Assembly: GCA_044866355.1 (NCBI GenBank)
Contig: JBIOTW010000091.1
Span: forward strand, 1-62,545
Length of the DNA: 62,545 nt
Origin: Candidatus Limnocylindria bacterium
GTDB lineage: Bacteria > Chloroflexota > Limnocylindria > QHBO01
Direction of reading: 5' to 3'
Made by a program: the position numbers and the translations under genes. Below are positions 26,568 through 35,541 of the stretch, one piece after another. The notes beneath the pieces are model-generated. The model was not told the origin of the DNA, did not search any database, and saw only the letters and a list, made by a program, of their open reading frames with translations. Within the stretch, counting starts at the first letter, position 1. Every line of letters starts with the position of its first letter.

Positions 26568-28097
26568 TCAGGGGCTGAGCGTCACCGTCTCGCCCAGCTT
26601 CGGCACGTGGACCATCACCCCCAGGTCCTCGGCGACCCGTTTGGCAAAGGCAGTGGCCGAGTCCGGCTCGCCGTGTGTCACGAAGACCGATCGGGGTCGG
26701 CCGTCCTCTCGACCGGCCTTCCCGAAATGGCCAATCCATGCGTCCAGCTCGGCCTGGTCGGCATGGGCGGAGAAGCCGGAGATGGAGCGGACGCGGCACT
26801 TCACCGGCCACTTGGCGCCGTCGATGCGAGCCTCGGTGCCACCGTCTTGGAGGTGTCGCCCCAGGGTTCCCTCGCCCTGGTAGCCGATGAACAGGAGCGT
26901 GGCGCGGGGGTCGGGCAGCAGGTCCTTGAGATGGTGCAGGATTCGACCCCCGGTCAGCATGCCCGAGGCTGCCACCAGGATGAACGGCCGAGGGCTGCCG
27001 ATGATGGCCTTGGAGTCCTCGACGCTGGACGTGCACTTCTGGCCCGGGTACTCGAGCGGCGAGTCGCCGGATTGAAGGAGCGCCAGGGTCTCGGCGTCGT
27101 AGGCCTCCGGATGGCGGAGGTACACGCCATTCGCCTCGCAGGCCATGGGCGAGTCGACGAACAGGGGGAGCTGGGGGATCTTCCCGGCCCGCACCAGGCT
27201 GTCGAGGACCCAGACCAGGTGCTGGGTGCGCCCGATGGCGAAGGCGGGGATGAGCAGGACGCCTCCCGAGCACGCGACGTCGGTGACGACCTCCACCAGC
27301 TCGCGGACTGCCTGGTCCTGGTCGGGATGGTCGCGGTCGCCATAGGTCGACTCCACGACCACCGCGTTGGCATGGGTGAGCGGCGTTGGGTCGCGGAGGA
27401 TGGGCGTGTCGGTGCGTCCCAGATCGCCGGAGAACACGATGCTCCTGCTCGTGCCATCCGCATCACGCGCCGTGACCTCGATGATCGCCGAGCCGAGGAT
27501 GTGGCCTGCGTCGTACAACGTGGCCTCGACTCCCGGGACGACGGTCGTGGCCGTCCCGTATGCGACGGGGCGCATGAGATCCATGGTGCGTGCCACGTCC
27601 TCCAGGTCGAAGAGCGGGGCGCGAGACTCCGTCTTCATCGCGGGTGGCCGTTCGGCGCCCGCGGCGACCGCAGCCATCTCCAGCTCGGTCGCGGCCGCCT
27701 CCGACTCCGCCGCTGGCGCCTCGGCAGCGGCGGCCGCTGCCGCTTGGGGGTGGTGACGAGCCCATCGGGCCGCGGCATGGGCTTGGAGATGGGCGCTATC
27801 GGTCAGCACGATCTCCGCCAGGTCAGAGGTGGCGGCGGTGGCGACCACCAGCCCTCGGTACCCGGCCTTCACCAAGGCCGGCAGCCTCCCGATGTGATCG
27901 TTGTGCGCGTGGGTCAGCAGGACCGCGTCCACGCTGTCTGGCTGGTACACGAAACCCATCCGGTTTCGCGCGATCTCCTCCATCCCGCCCTGGAACAGGC
28001 CGCAGTCGACGAGGACCCGCCGATCACCCACGCTGAGGAGGTACTGCGATCCGGTCACGCCGCCGGCGGCGCCCAGGAAGCGGAGGCCGATGGGCAT
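26568..28097 (-). CDS. MBL-fold beta-CASP hydrolase (RNA/DNA-metabolising nuclease family)
   Basis: LLTHAHNDHIGRLP (HxHxDH), AGHILGSA, ESTYGDR, SGFSAHAD and VTHGE. An Ala-rich insert of about 60 aa follows the first lobe. Confidence 0.88.
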   Translation of the reverse strand: MPIGLRFLGAAGGVTGSQYLLSVGDRRVLVDCGLFQGGMEEIARNRMGFVYQPDSVDAVLLTHAHNDHIGRLPALVKAGYRGLVVATAATSDLAEIVLTDSAHLQAHAAARWARHHPQAAAAAAAEAPAAESEAAATELEMAAVAAGAERPPAMKTESRAPLFDLEDVARTMDLMRPVAYGTATTVVPGVEATLYDAGHILGSAIIEVTARDADGTSRSIVFSGDLGRTDTPILRDPTPLTHANAVVVESTYGDRDHPDQDQAVRELVEVVTDVACSGGVLLIPAFAIGRTQHLVWVLDSLVRAGKIPQLPLFVDSPMACEANGVYLRHPEAYDAETLALLQSGDSPLEYPGQKCTSSVEDSKAIIGSPRPFILVAASGMLTGGRILHHLKDLLPDPRATLLFIGYQGEGTLGRHLQDGGTEARIDGAKWPVKCRVRSISGFSAHADQAELDAWIGHFGKAGREDGRPRSVFVTHGEPDSATAFAKRVAEDLGVMVHVPKLGETVTLSP

Positions 28098-28137
28098 CGT
28101 TGCCGAGTATGGGGCAGCCGCCGACTACTATCCGGAC

Positions 28138-29223
28138 ATGCCGTTTCCCATCGATCCGCCCATCGAGCCCATGCTGGCCAAGCCGCAGCCCGAAATCCCC
28201 ACCGGCCCGGAATGGCGTTACGAGCCGAAGTGGGACGGATTCCGGGCGATCGTCTTCCGCGATGGTCCCGAGGTCTACATCCAGAGCCGCGACCTCAAGC
28301 CCCTGAACCGATACTTCCCGGAGCTCGAAGCGCCCCTGCGTGCCATCGGCCGCCCGACTGACCGATTCGTCATGGATGGGGAGATCGTCATCGCGACCGA
28401 GGACGGCCTCGCTTTCGAGGCGCTCCTCCTGCGGATTCACCCGGCCGCGTCGCGGGTCGCGATGCTGGCGCAGGCCAGCCCCTCGTCGTTCGTGGCGTTT
28501 GACCTGCTGGCCGATGGGGACCGTGATCTTCGAGGCAGCCCATTCGGCGAGCGGCGGGCTTGGCTCGAGCGGCGGCTGGCCATGCCGCCGCCATCGGTCC
28601 ATCTCACGCCAGCAACCGCGGACCCGGCCACCGCGCGACGCTGGTTCGCCGACTTCGAAGGGGCGGGACTGGACGGGGTGGTCGCCAAGCGGGCGGACCA
28701 GGGCTACGTGCCGGGCAAGCGCGAGATGGTGAAGGTCAAGCATCAGCGCACCGCGGATTGCGTGGTGGCCGGGTTCCGGTGGCACAAGCGCGGCCCGGGC
28801 ACGATGGTCGGGTCCCTGCTCCTGGGCCTGTACGACGGCAGCGGCCAGCTCCAGCACGTGGGTGTCACCAGCTCGTTCACCGAGGAGCGTCGGCGTGAGC
28901 TCGTCGCCGAGCTGAAGCCGCTGCGAACCAAGGCCCTGGACGACCATCCCTGGCGCGAGTGGAAGGAAGCCGAGGCCGAGTGGGAGGGGAAGCGCATGCC
29001 GGGGGCCACCAGCCGCTGGAACCGAGGCAAGGACTTGTCCTGGGAGCCGCTTCGACCCGAACGCGTGTGCGAGGTTGCGTACGACCACCTCCAGGGCGAC
29101 CGATTCCGGCACGCGACGACGTTCCTGCGCTGGCGAGAGGATCGCAAGCCGGAAAGCTGCCGCTACGACCAGCTCGAGGAGACGCCCTCGGCGCTGCTGG
29201 CCGACGTTTTCGGCGCCAGCTGA
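28138..29223 (+). CDS. ATP-dependent DNA ligase, stand-alone LigC-like (361 aa)
   Basis: PMLAKP ... WRYEPKWDGFRA (adenylation KxDG), FDLL, EGVVAKR and VKVKH. ATG 28138 was chosen so the gene does not overlap the divergent MBL start. Confidence 0.9.
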   Translation: MPFPIDPPIEPMLAKPQPEIPTGPEWRYEPKWDGFRAIVFRDGPEVYIQSRDLKPLNRYFPELEAPLRAIGRPTDRFVMDGEIVIATEDGLAFEALLLRIHPAASRVAMLAQASPSSFVAFDLLADGDRDLRGSPFGERRAWLERRLAMPPPSVHLTPATADPATARRWFADFEGAGLDGVVAKRADQGYVPGKREMVKVKHQRTADCVVAGFRWHKRGPGTMVGSLLLGLYDGSGQLQHVGVTSSFTEERRRELVAELKPLRTKALDDHPWREWKEAEAEWEGKRMPGATSRWNRGKDLSWEPLRPERVCEVAYDHLQGDRFRHATTFLRWREDRKPESCRYDQLEETPSALLADVFGAS

Positions 29224-29336
29224 CCAGGCCAGCCCGGTCCCAGAACACGTAGTGTCCCCGCGCCCGAGCGGTAAGCCGGTCGCGCTACACTCCCGCAGCA
29301 CTCATCAACCGCCCACCAAAAGCAGTCCAAGGAGAG

Positions 29337-31043
29337 ATGGTTTCCGTGTCCAACCACGACCCGAACGCTGCCGTCACCGACCTCGCCGACCGCTTCTGGG
29401 AAGGTGTCCTCGAGCGCGACCCGATCACCGCCACCATCTATGGCGATGACCGATACGACGATCGCTGGCCCGACCTCGGACCGACCGGCCGTGCCGCCGA
29501 GCGCAGCGCCCTGTCATCGGCCCTGGCCGAGGCCGAAGCCATGGACACGACCGGGCTGGACATCGAGTCGGGCATCACCCGCGACCTGTTGATGCTCATC
29601 GCGCGCAACTATCTGGAGGCGCTGGATCGGCGGCTGTACCAGCTGGCCGTAAACCACATGTCCGGCGTCCAGACCTGGCCCAGCGAGATCGCCCAATACC
29701 AGCGTGCGGAGACTCCCGAGGGCCTGCGCCGCCTCCTGGCGCGTTTCGAAGCGTTCCCCGAGCTCATCGAGCAGCACATCGGCACCCTCGACGAGGGCAT
29801 CGCGGACAAGCGGACGTCGGCCACGGTACCGGTTCGCAAGGCGATCGAGCAGATCGACCGCATGCTGACGGTACCAAGTGCCGAGGCGCCACCGGTGACC
29901 CTGGCCAACGTGGCCGACGATGCGGCACGCGACGAGATTCGCTCGGCGGTGGCGGCGCACATCTACCCCGCGCTACAGCGCCTGCGCGACTACCTGGCCG
30001 ATACGTACACCGCCCACGCGGCGCCGACTCCTGGCCTGGGCGACACGCCGGACGGCGAGGCCGCCTATCGGCTCGCGATCCGGATGCAGACCACCGTGGC
30101 CGCCACCCCTGACGAGGTTCACGCGTTTGGGATCGAGGATCTCGAGCACATCGAGGCGGAGAAGGACGAGATCGCCCGGCGTCAGGGCCACGCCGACCGG
30201 CACGCCTACGTGGCTGCCCTGGCGGTGGACCCGACGAACCGCACCTCGGATCCGGATCACATCATCGAGCTGGCGCGCGAGCAGACCGACCGCGCCTATG
30301 CCACCGCCCCCCGCTATTTCGGCCGTCTCCCCGCGGCGAACTGCGTGGTCAAGGCGGTGGAGGAGTACCGCGAGCGGGAGTCGGCACCGGCGTTCTACAT
30401 GCCGCCGACCCTGGATGGCTCACGACCGGGGCAGTACTACCTCAACACCTATCAGCCCTCGGAACGCCAGCTCCACAAGATCGCGGCCATCACCTTCCAC
30501 GAGGCGACCCCGGGCCACCACTTCCAGATTGCGATCGAGATGGACCTCGAGGGCCTGCCCCGCTTCCGGACGCTGGGCGCCAAGATGGCGGGCTCCGCCT
30601 ACGTCGAGGGATGGGGTTTGTACACCGAGCGCCTGGCCGAGGAGATGGGCCTGTACCTGACCGATGCCGAACGGCTGGGCATGCTCGAGGCGCAGTCCTT
30701 CCGCGCCGCGCGCCTGGTCGTCGACTCGGGCCTGCACGCCATGGGCTGGGATCGAGACCGGGCCATCACCTTCATGCACGAGCGTGGCTCATTGCCCATG
30801 GTCGACGCCGAGATCGAGGTGGACCGATACACGATCTGGCCGGGCCAGGCCCTGTCCTACAAGATGGGCCAGCGCGAGATCGAGCGCGCGCGGGCCGATG
30901 TCGGCGCCCAGCTGGGTGAGCGGTTCGACCTGCGCGTCTTCCACGACGAGGTGCTTGCCCACGGCTCGCTGCCGCTGGAGACGCTCCGCCGCGAGATCCC
31001 GGGCTGGGTCTCGGCGGCTCTCGCCGCACCGGCGGGAGCCTGA
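29337..31043 (+). CDS. DUF885 family protein
   Basis: AAGGAGAG lies upstream of the ATG. Family hallmark HEATPGHHFQ and an overall length of about 570 aa. Confidence 0.85.
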   Translation: MVSVSNHDPNAAVTDLADRFWEGVLERDPITATIYGDDRYDDRWPDLGPTGRAAERSALSSALAEAEAMDTTGLDIESGITRDLLMLIARNYLEALDRRLYQLAVNHMSGVQTWPSEIAQYQRAETPEGLRRLLARFEAFPELIEQHIGTLDEGIADKRTSATVPVRKAIEQIDRMLTVPSAEAPPVTLANVADDAARDEIRSAVAAHIYPALQRLRDYLADTYTAHAAPTPGLGDTPDGEAAYRLAIRMQTTVAATPDEVHAFGIEDLEHIEAEKDEIARRQGHADRHAYVAALAVDPTNRTSDPDHIIELAREQTDRAYATAPRYFGRLPAANCVVKAVEEYRERESAPAFYMPPTLDGSRPGQYYLNTYQPSERQLHKIAAITFHEATPGHHFQIAIEMDLEGLPRFRTLGAKMAGSAYVEGWGLYTERLAEEMGLYLTDAERLGMLEAQSFRAARLVVDSGLHAMGWDRDRAITFMHERGSLPMVDAEIEVDRYTIWPGQALSYKMGQREIERARADVGAQLGERFDLRVFHDEVLAHGSLPLETLRREIPGWVSAALAAPAGA

Positions 31044-31066
31044 CCCCAGCCGGCTCGGGGCGGCCG

Positions 31067-31648
31067 GTGCTCCGACCGGAGCGGATTGCCCTCGAGGGAC
31101 GGTTCGTCCGGCTCGAGCCCATCGAGGAGCGGCATCGTGACGACCTGCTGGCCGCCGCGGCCGAGGATCCGGCCACCTTTCGGTACATGAGTCGCGACCT
31201 GTCCGTTGGGGCCGATGCGTGGCCCGACTATTTGGCCGACGCTCTCCGTCCAGAGTTCGTGGCGTGGGCGACCGTGGAGCGCGCGTCGGGCGTGGCGGTC
31301 GGCTCGACGCGGTTCGGCGACATCGCCCCGGAGCACGACCGGGTGGAGATCGGCTGGACCTGGATCGCGCCCTCGCGGCAACGGTCCGCCGTCAACACGG
31401 AGGCCAAGCTGCTCCAGCTCACCTACGCCTTCGATACGCTGGGCGCGGGGCGGGTGGCCCTCAAGACCGACGGGCGCAACGAGCGGTCGCAGCGTGCCAT
31501 CGAGCGGCTGGGGGCGGTTCGCGAGGGCGTTCTGCGACGCCACTTGCGGCTCCCGGACGGTTTCGTCCGGGACACGGTGTACTACTCGATCCTCGCCGAC
31601 GAGTGGCCCGCCGTGAAAGAGCGCCTAACCCTGCGCCTAACGGTCTGA
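31067..31648 (+). CDS. GNAT family N-acetyltransferase (RimJ/RimL-like)
   Basis: LEGRFVRLEPIEERHRDDL ... VEIGWTWIAP ... RVALKTDGRNERSQRAIERLG. Confidence 0.85.
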   Translation: MLRPERIALEGRFVRLEPIEERHRDDLLAAAAEDPATFRYMSRDLSVGADAWPDYLADALRPEFVAWATVERASGVAVGSTRFGDIAPEHDRVEIGWTWIAPSRQRSAVNTEAKLLQLTYAFDTLGAGRVALKTDGRNERSQRAIERLGAVREGVLRRHLRLPDGFVRDTVYYSILADEWPAVKERLTLRLTV

Positions 31649-31735
31649 CTAACTCGCTCGTCCGCCACATCGCGCAGGGACAGCCTTCTCCCCGGATGGG
31701 GATACCATCACGGAGACCGTCTGCAGGAAGAGCCG

Positions 31736-33019
31736 ATGTTCAGGCGAGAAAACCTGCCCCTCGCATTCGCCGCGAGCATTGCCACGCTCGCGGTGCTGGT
31801 CCCGCTCGTGATCGGTCTGACCAGCCGTCCTTCGCCCCGGGCCACCGCCACATCGACGCCGTCCGCATCGGCGTCTGACGTAGCGCCGACTGCTGCACCG
31901 ACGGCAACTGATGCCACCAGACCGATCCCGCTGCTTGACGAGCGGCTCACATATCCAGGGGACACCGCGACGATACCTGCCGTCGATGCTTCCGGAGAGT
32001 GGGGCTCCATTGAGCTGACGCGCGGCTGGGTCACCGGCGGCTATCCGCATCACACAGTGGACGCCGACGTGTTCGTGCTGGAGGTATTCGTCGAATACAA
32101 GGCGGACCGGGTGCCCCGCCTTGAAGAGTCCGGTCCCGTCGACTGGGCGCTCGCCACCGATGGGACGACCGACCCGATTGGCCGGCTGATCTCCGTTCGT
32201 CCGCCGCTCGTTCCGGAAGCGTGGGATCCCCGGCTACCACTGGAGATTGGCTACTCGACACTTGTCGACGTCCTGACGGTGCCGGTGAGGGGAATGCTCT
32301 ACTTCGAGGTCCCCCGTTCCGCTGAGGATCAGTGGCTCGTCCTGCTCTATCGGCCGCAGAGCTCATCGAGTCCCGTCATCGGCATGGCGGTTCGAGAGCC
32401 CGGTCCTGCGCCGGATCCCGTTCCGGCGGCGACGCCGGTGCCGACTCCGCTGTCCGTCTCGTACGTCTCCCATCCTGGGCTGCCGTTCACCGTCGTCGAT
32501 AGCCCCGCAGCCGATGCCCTGTTCGCAACTCCGGACGAATGCGTCAACCTTGTGGACGGGTACCGCGTGACCTATCCGGACAGCTGGTACACCAACACGC
32601 AGGTCGGCAACCCGCCGGCCAACCCGCAGCCCGGCGACTCCCCGCCCTGCAGCTGGTTCTCGCCGACCTACTACGAGCTGGCACTGGGGCCGCCGTGGCC
32701 GCCCGGCGAGATCGTGATCATTCTCGATGTGTTCGACGGTGGCTTCGGACCCCTTGGGGGGGAGGTGTATACGGTCGATGAGCAGGTGGCGGTCGACGGG
32801 TTCGCCGCGATCAGAAGGGAGGTCATCGGCGCCTGCTACCCGGGCCCATGTCGGTCTGAGCCGCCGGAGTACTACTACGCCGTATATATCGGCGATCCTG
32901 TACCTCGCGCGTTTGGACTGACGATGCTTGCCAGGGCACCCAGCGAACGCTCAGCGGATTACGAACTGACCAAGGCTGTCTTCGATCGGATCATGGCGAG
33001 CATCGAGTTTCTCCCGTGA
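31736..33019 (+). CDS. membrane-anchored/secreted hypothetical protein
   Basis: N-terminal TM helix LAFAASIATLAVLVPLVIGL, then an S/T/A/P linker, then a globular region. No family recognised. Confidence 0.6.
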   Translation: MFRRENLPLAFAASIATLAVLVPLVIGLTSRPSPRATATSTPSASASDVAPTAAPTATDATRPIPLLDERLTYPGDTATIPAVDASGEWGSIELTRGWVTGGYPHHTVDADVFVLEVFVEYKADRVPRLEESGPVDWALATDGTTDPIGRLISVRPPLVPEAWDPRLPLEIGYSTLVDVLTVPVRGMLYFEVPRSAEDQWLVLLYRPQSSSSPVIGMAVREPGPAPDPVPAATPVPTPLSVSYVSHPGLPFTVVDSPAADALFATPDECVNLVDGYRVTYPDSWYTNTQVGNPPANPQPGDSPPCSWFSPTYYELALGPPWPPGEIVIILDVFDGGFGPLGGEVYTVDEQVAVDGFAAIRREVIGACYPGPCRSEPPEYYYAVYIGDPVPRAFGLTMLARAPSERSADYELTKAVFDRIMASIEFLP

Positions 33020-33026
33020 CGCCTCA

Positions 33027-34472
33027 CTAATTCGGTCGGTTGGCGTACTCCGAGGCGAGGTCGTAGTCGGGGTCGGGAGGCTCTTCGGGAGGACGGTCCT
33101 GCTCCGGGACATGTCGGAGATTGAGCCGAACGCGATACCACAGCGACGAGCGGCCCCGCATGCCGTCGACCAGGACATCGCCGACCGCGAGGTGCTTTGC
33201 GGCCTGGGGGTGGCGTTTCTTCCAGCGCTCGAGCCCGTCGAGCGCGTCCTTCTTGGCCTTGGCCTGGCTGATCACGATGAGCGGCTGCGACGAGCGACGG
33301 CGCCCGGTGGGGGCGACGGTGCCATCGGCGCGGCGCAACGAGGCGGACGGCGTAGGCGGTGCCACCGACCCCAGGCGCCCGCGCGGGGCGGAGGGATCGG
33401 TCGGCGGTCGTGGATCCGCCATCCGCCGCCGTGAGGGCTGGACGCGAGGCGGCTCCCCGGGCTGCTTGGCGTAGTTCGGCGGCCAGGGGGCGTCGCCCAG
33501 CCCCTCGGCCTCGTGGCGAGCGGAGAGCTCGAGCAGGCCATCCAGCGAGCCGGCCGAGTCGTCGATCCCGGCCCCGACGTCGCCCAGGCGGGCGTATCGG
33601 TCCTGCATGGTGGTCAGCGTGAAGTCTCCGAGCTCGGCATCGGGAACCTCGTCCCAGGTCAAGGGTGCGGACACCTGCGCATTCGGCACCGGACGCACGG
33701 AATAGACCGATGCCACGGTTCGGTCCTTGGCGTTCTGGTTGTAGTCCAGGAAGACGCCGTGGCGCTCCTCCTTCCACCATTTGCTGGTCGCGATCTGCGG
33801 CGCGCGGCGCTCCACCTCGCGAGCGAGGGCAAGGGCGGCTCGCCGAACCTCGCTGAACCCCCAGCGCCGTTCGATCCGAACGTAGACGTGCATTCCGCGC
33901 GACCCGGATGTCTTCGGCCAGCCGGTGAGGCCGTGGTCCGTCAGCACGTCCCGGGCGACGAGCGCCACCGACCGCACGTCCGCCCACGGAACGCCCGGTC
34001 CGGGATCGAGGTCTACCCGCAGCTCATCGGGGTGCTCCAGGTCCTCGGCCCGGGTCGGGTGGGGGTTCAGGTCGATGCAGCCGAGGTTCACGACCCAGGC
34101 CAGCGCGGCGGCGTTCGAGACGACCACCTCGTCGGCGGTCCGGCCCGATGGGAAGGACAGCTCCACCGTGCGGACGTAGGACGGCACCGATGCGGGCGCG
34201 CGTTTCTGGAAGAACGCCTCGCCGGATGCGCCATTCACAAAGCGCTTGAGGGCCATGGGGCGGTCCATCACCCCGCGCAGGGCCCCATCGACCACGGCCA
34301 GGTAGTAATTCACCAGGTCCAGCTTGGTGATCCCGGCCTCCTCGAAGAACACCTTCCCGGGATTGGTGACCGATACGGTCTGCCCGGCGACCTCGAGGTC
34401 GACGGCTTCGGTGCGTGGCACGTCGCTCAGGGTAGCCTGAGCGGGAATGATCGCCCGCACCGATCGCATCAA
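33027..34472 (-). CDS. LigD-type primase-polymerase (PolDom) with C-terminal extension of about 145 aa
   Basis: VTNPGKVFF, LDLVNYY, FFQKRAP, NLGCIDLNPH, PDELRVDLDP, TSGSRGMHVYV and FLDYNQNAKDRTVASVYSVRP. Residues from about 335 onward are a P/R/S-rich linker plus a 60-aa module. The annotated start overlaps divergent yihY; GTG 34421 is an alternative. Confidence 0.88.
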   Translation of the reverse strand: MMRSVRAIIPAQATLSDVPRTEAVDLEVAGQTVSVTNPGKVFFEEAGITKLDLVNYYLAVVDGALRGVMDRPMALKRFVNGASGEAFFQKRAPASVPSYVRTVELSFPSGRTADEVVVSNAAALAWVVNLGCIDLNPHPTRAEDLEHPDELRVDLDPGPGVPWADVRSVALVARDVLTDHGLTGWPKTSGSRGMHVYVRIERRWGFSEVRRAALALAREVERRAPQIATSKWWKEERHGVFLDYNQNAKDRTVASVYSVRPVPNAQVSAPLTWDEVPDAELGDFTLTTMQDRYARLGDVGAGIDDSAGSLDGLLELSARHEAEGLGDAPWPPNYAKQPGEPPRVQPSRRRMADPRPPTDPSAPRGRLGSVAPPTPSASLRRADGTVAPTGRRRSSQPLIVISQAKAKKDALDGLERWKKRHPQAAKHLAVGDVLVDGMRGRSSLWYRVRLNLRHVPEQDRPPEEPPDPDYDLASEYANRPN

Positions 34473-35349
34473 GCGGCGCGCTGAGGCCGTGGCTGGTCGT
34501 TATGCACTGATCGGGATCGGCCTGGATGCCTACCGTGGATTCGTCGCCCACGACGCCATGCCCCGCGCCGCGGCCATCGCCTACTACAGCGTCCTCACCC
34601 TGTTTCCCTTCGTGATGTTGGGGCTGGTGGCGACGTCGCTCGTGATCGGCTCCGGGCCCGAGCTGGTCTCCTTCATCGGCCAGGTGGCCGAGGTCTTCGA
34701 CCTGGACGTCGTCACGGTGGCGTCGGCGGTGGCCGGCATTCGCGAGGCGCAGGCCCCGCTGGCGGTCCTCGGCGTGGGGCTGCTCGTGGTCGCCGTGCTG
34801 CCGTGGGTGTCGGCCGTTCAGCGGGGGATCGCTCGAGCCTTCGGCGACCAGCCACCGACCCTGGCCCGGACCAGGCTTGGCAGTCTGCTGGTCCTTGCCG
34901 CGGCCGCGGTTCTGATCCTGCTGTCCGGCGTGTGGTCGAGCCTGGTGGGGCTCATCGTGGGCGTGGTGGATCGGTTCGTGGCGGGTGTCCCGCTCATCGG
35001 CTTCACGCTGGGCATCGCCCTCGCCGTCCTCCCCGGCCTGATCGTGTTCGGGGTGATGACGATCATGCTGCGGCTGATCCCCGGCCGGAAGCAGACCCTG
35101 TCCGACGTGTGGCTGGGGTCGCTGGTGACGGCCATTGGCTTCGTCGTCCTGCGACTGGGATTCGACCTGTACGTCCAGCTCTTCGTGGCCGGCAGCGGGG
35201 GACTGGCCGGCCCATTCGGGGCCGTCCTGGTGGGCCTCCTGTACGTCGACTTTCTGGCCATCGCGATCCTGGCCGGGGCCGAGGTGGCGGGGGCGGTCGT
35301 CCGCCGCCGGGAGTCGCGTGATCGCGAGTCGGAGGCTGGGCGGGCGTAG
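34447..35349 (+). CDS. YihY/BrkB family membrane protein
   Basis: AAAIAYYSVLTLFPFVMLGL and six hydrophobic helices. Confidence 0.85.
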   Translation: MIARTDRIKRRAEAVAGRYALIGIGLDAYRGFVAHDAMPRAAAIAYYSVLTLFPFVMLGLVATSLVIGSGPELVSFIGQVAEVFDLDVVTVASAVAGIREAQAPLAVLGVGLLVVAVLPWVSAVQRGIARAFGDQPPTLARTRLGSLLVLAAAAVLILLSGVWSSLVGLIVGVVDRFVAGVPLIGFTLGIALAVLPGLIVFGVMTIMLRLIPGRKQTLSDVWLGSLVTAIGFVVLRLGFDLYVQLFVAGSGGLAGPFGAVLVGLLYVDFLAIAILAGAEVAGAVVRRRESRDRESEAGRA

Positions 35350-35418
35350 ACGCAGCCCTCCTGCGGTCTTCCCGCCGGTTGGTCCGGTGCGGTCTTGTGC
35401 GGTCTGGTGTCCTACGGT

Positions 35419-35438
35419 GTAGTACATCCGTAGTACAT
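35419..35438 (+). repeat. direct repeat GTAGTACAT twice, 11-nt period
   Basis: 35419-35427 and 35430-35438, in a locally AT-richer intergenic stretch. Confidence 0.3.
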
Positions 35439-35440
35439 TC

Positions 35441-35469
35441 CGCGGGTCGTCAAGGCTTGACGACCCGCG
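35441..35469. terminator. perfect 14-bp inverted repeat (terminator or operator)
   Basis: CGCGGGTCGTCAAG-G-CTTGACGACCCGCG. It lies downstream of yihY and upstream of the M23 peptidase gene. There is no U-tract. Confidence 0.4.
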
Positions 35470-35541
35470 GTAGGATCGCCGGGCACTTCTTCCGCGGGGG
35501 CTGGATGGGGCGATGAGTTTTCCCTTGCACGACAGCGTGTC

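Noticed and set aside
26607-28361. A 584-aa plus-strand ORF
   Set aside because: It is antisense to the beta-CASP gene (HxHxDH motif on the minus strand). Only its last part coincides with the ligase region, in a different frame.
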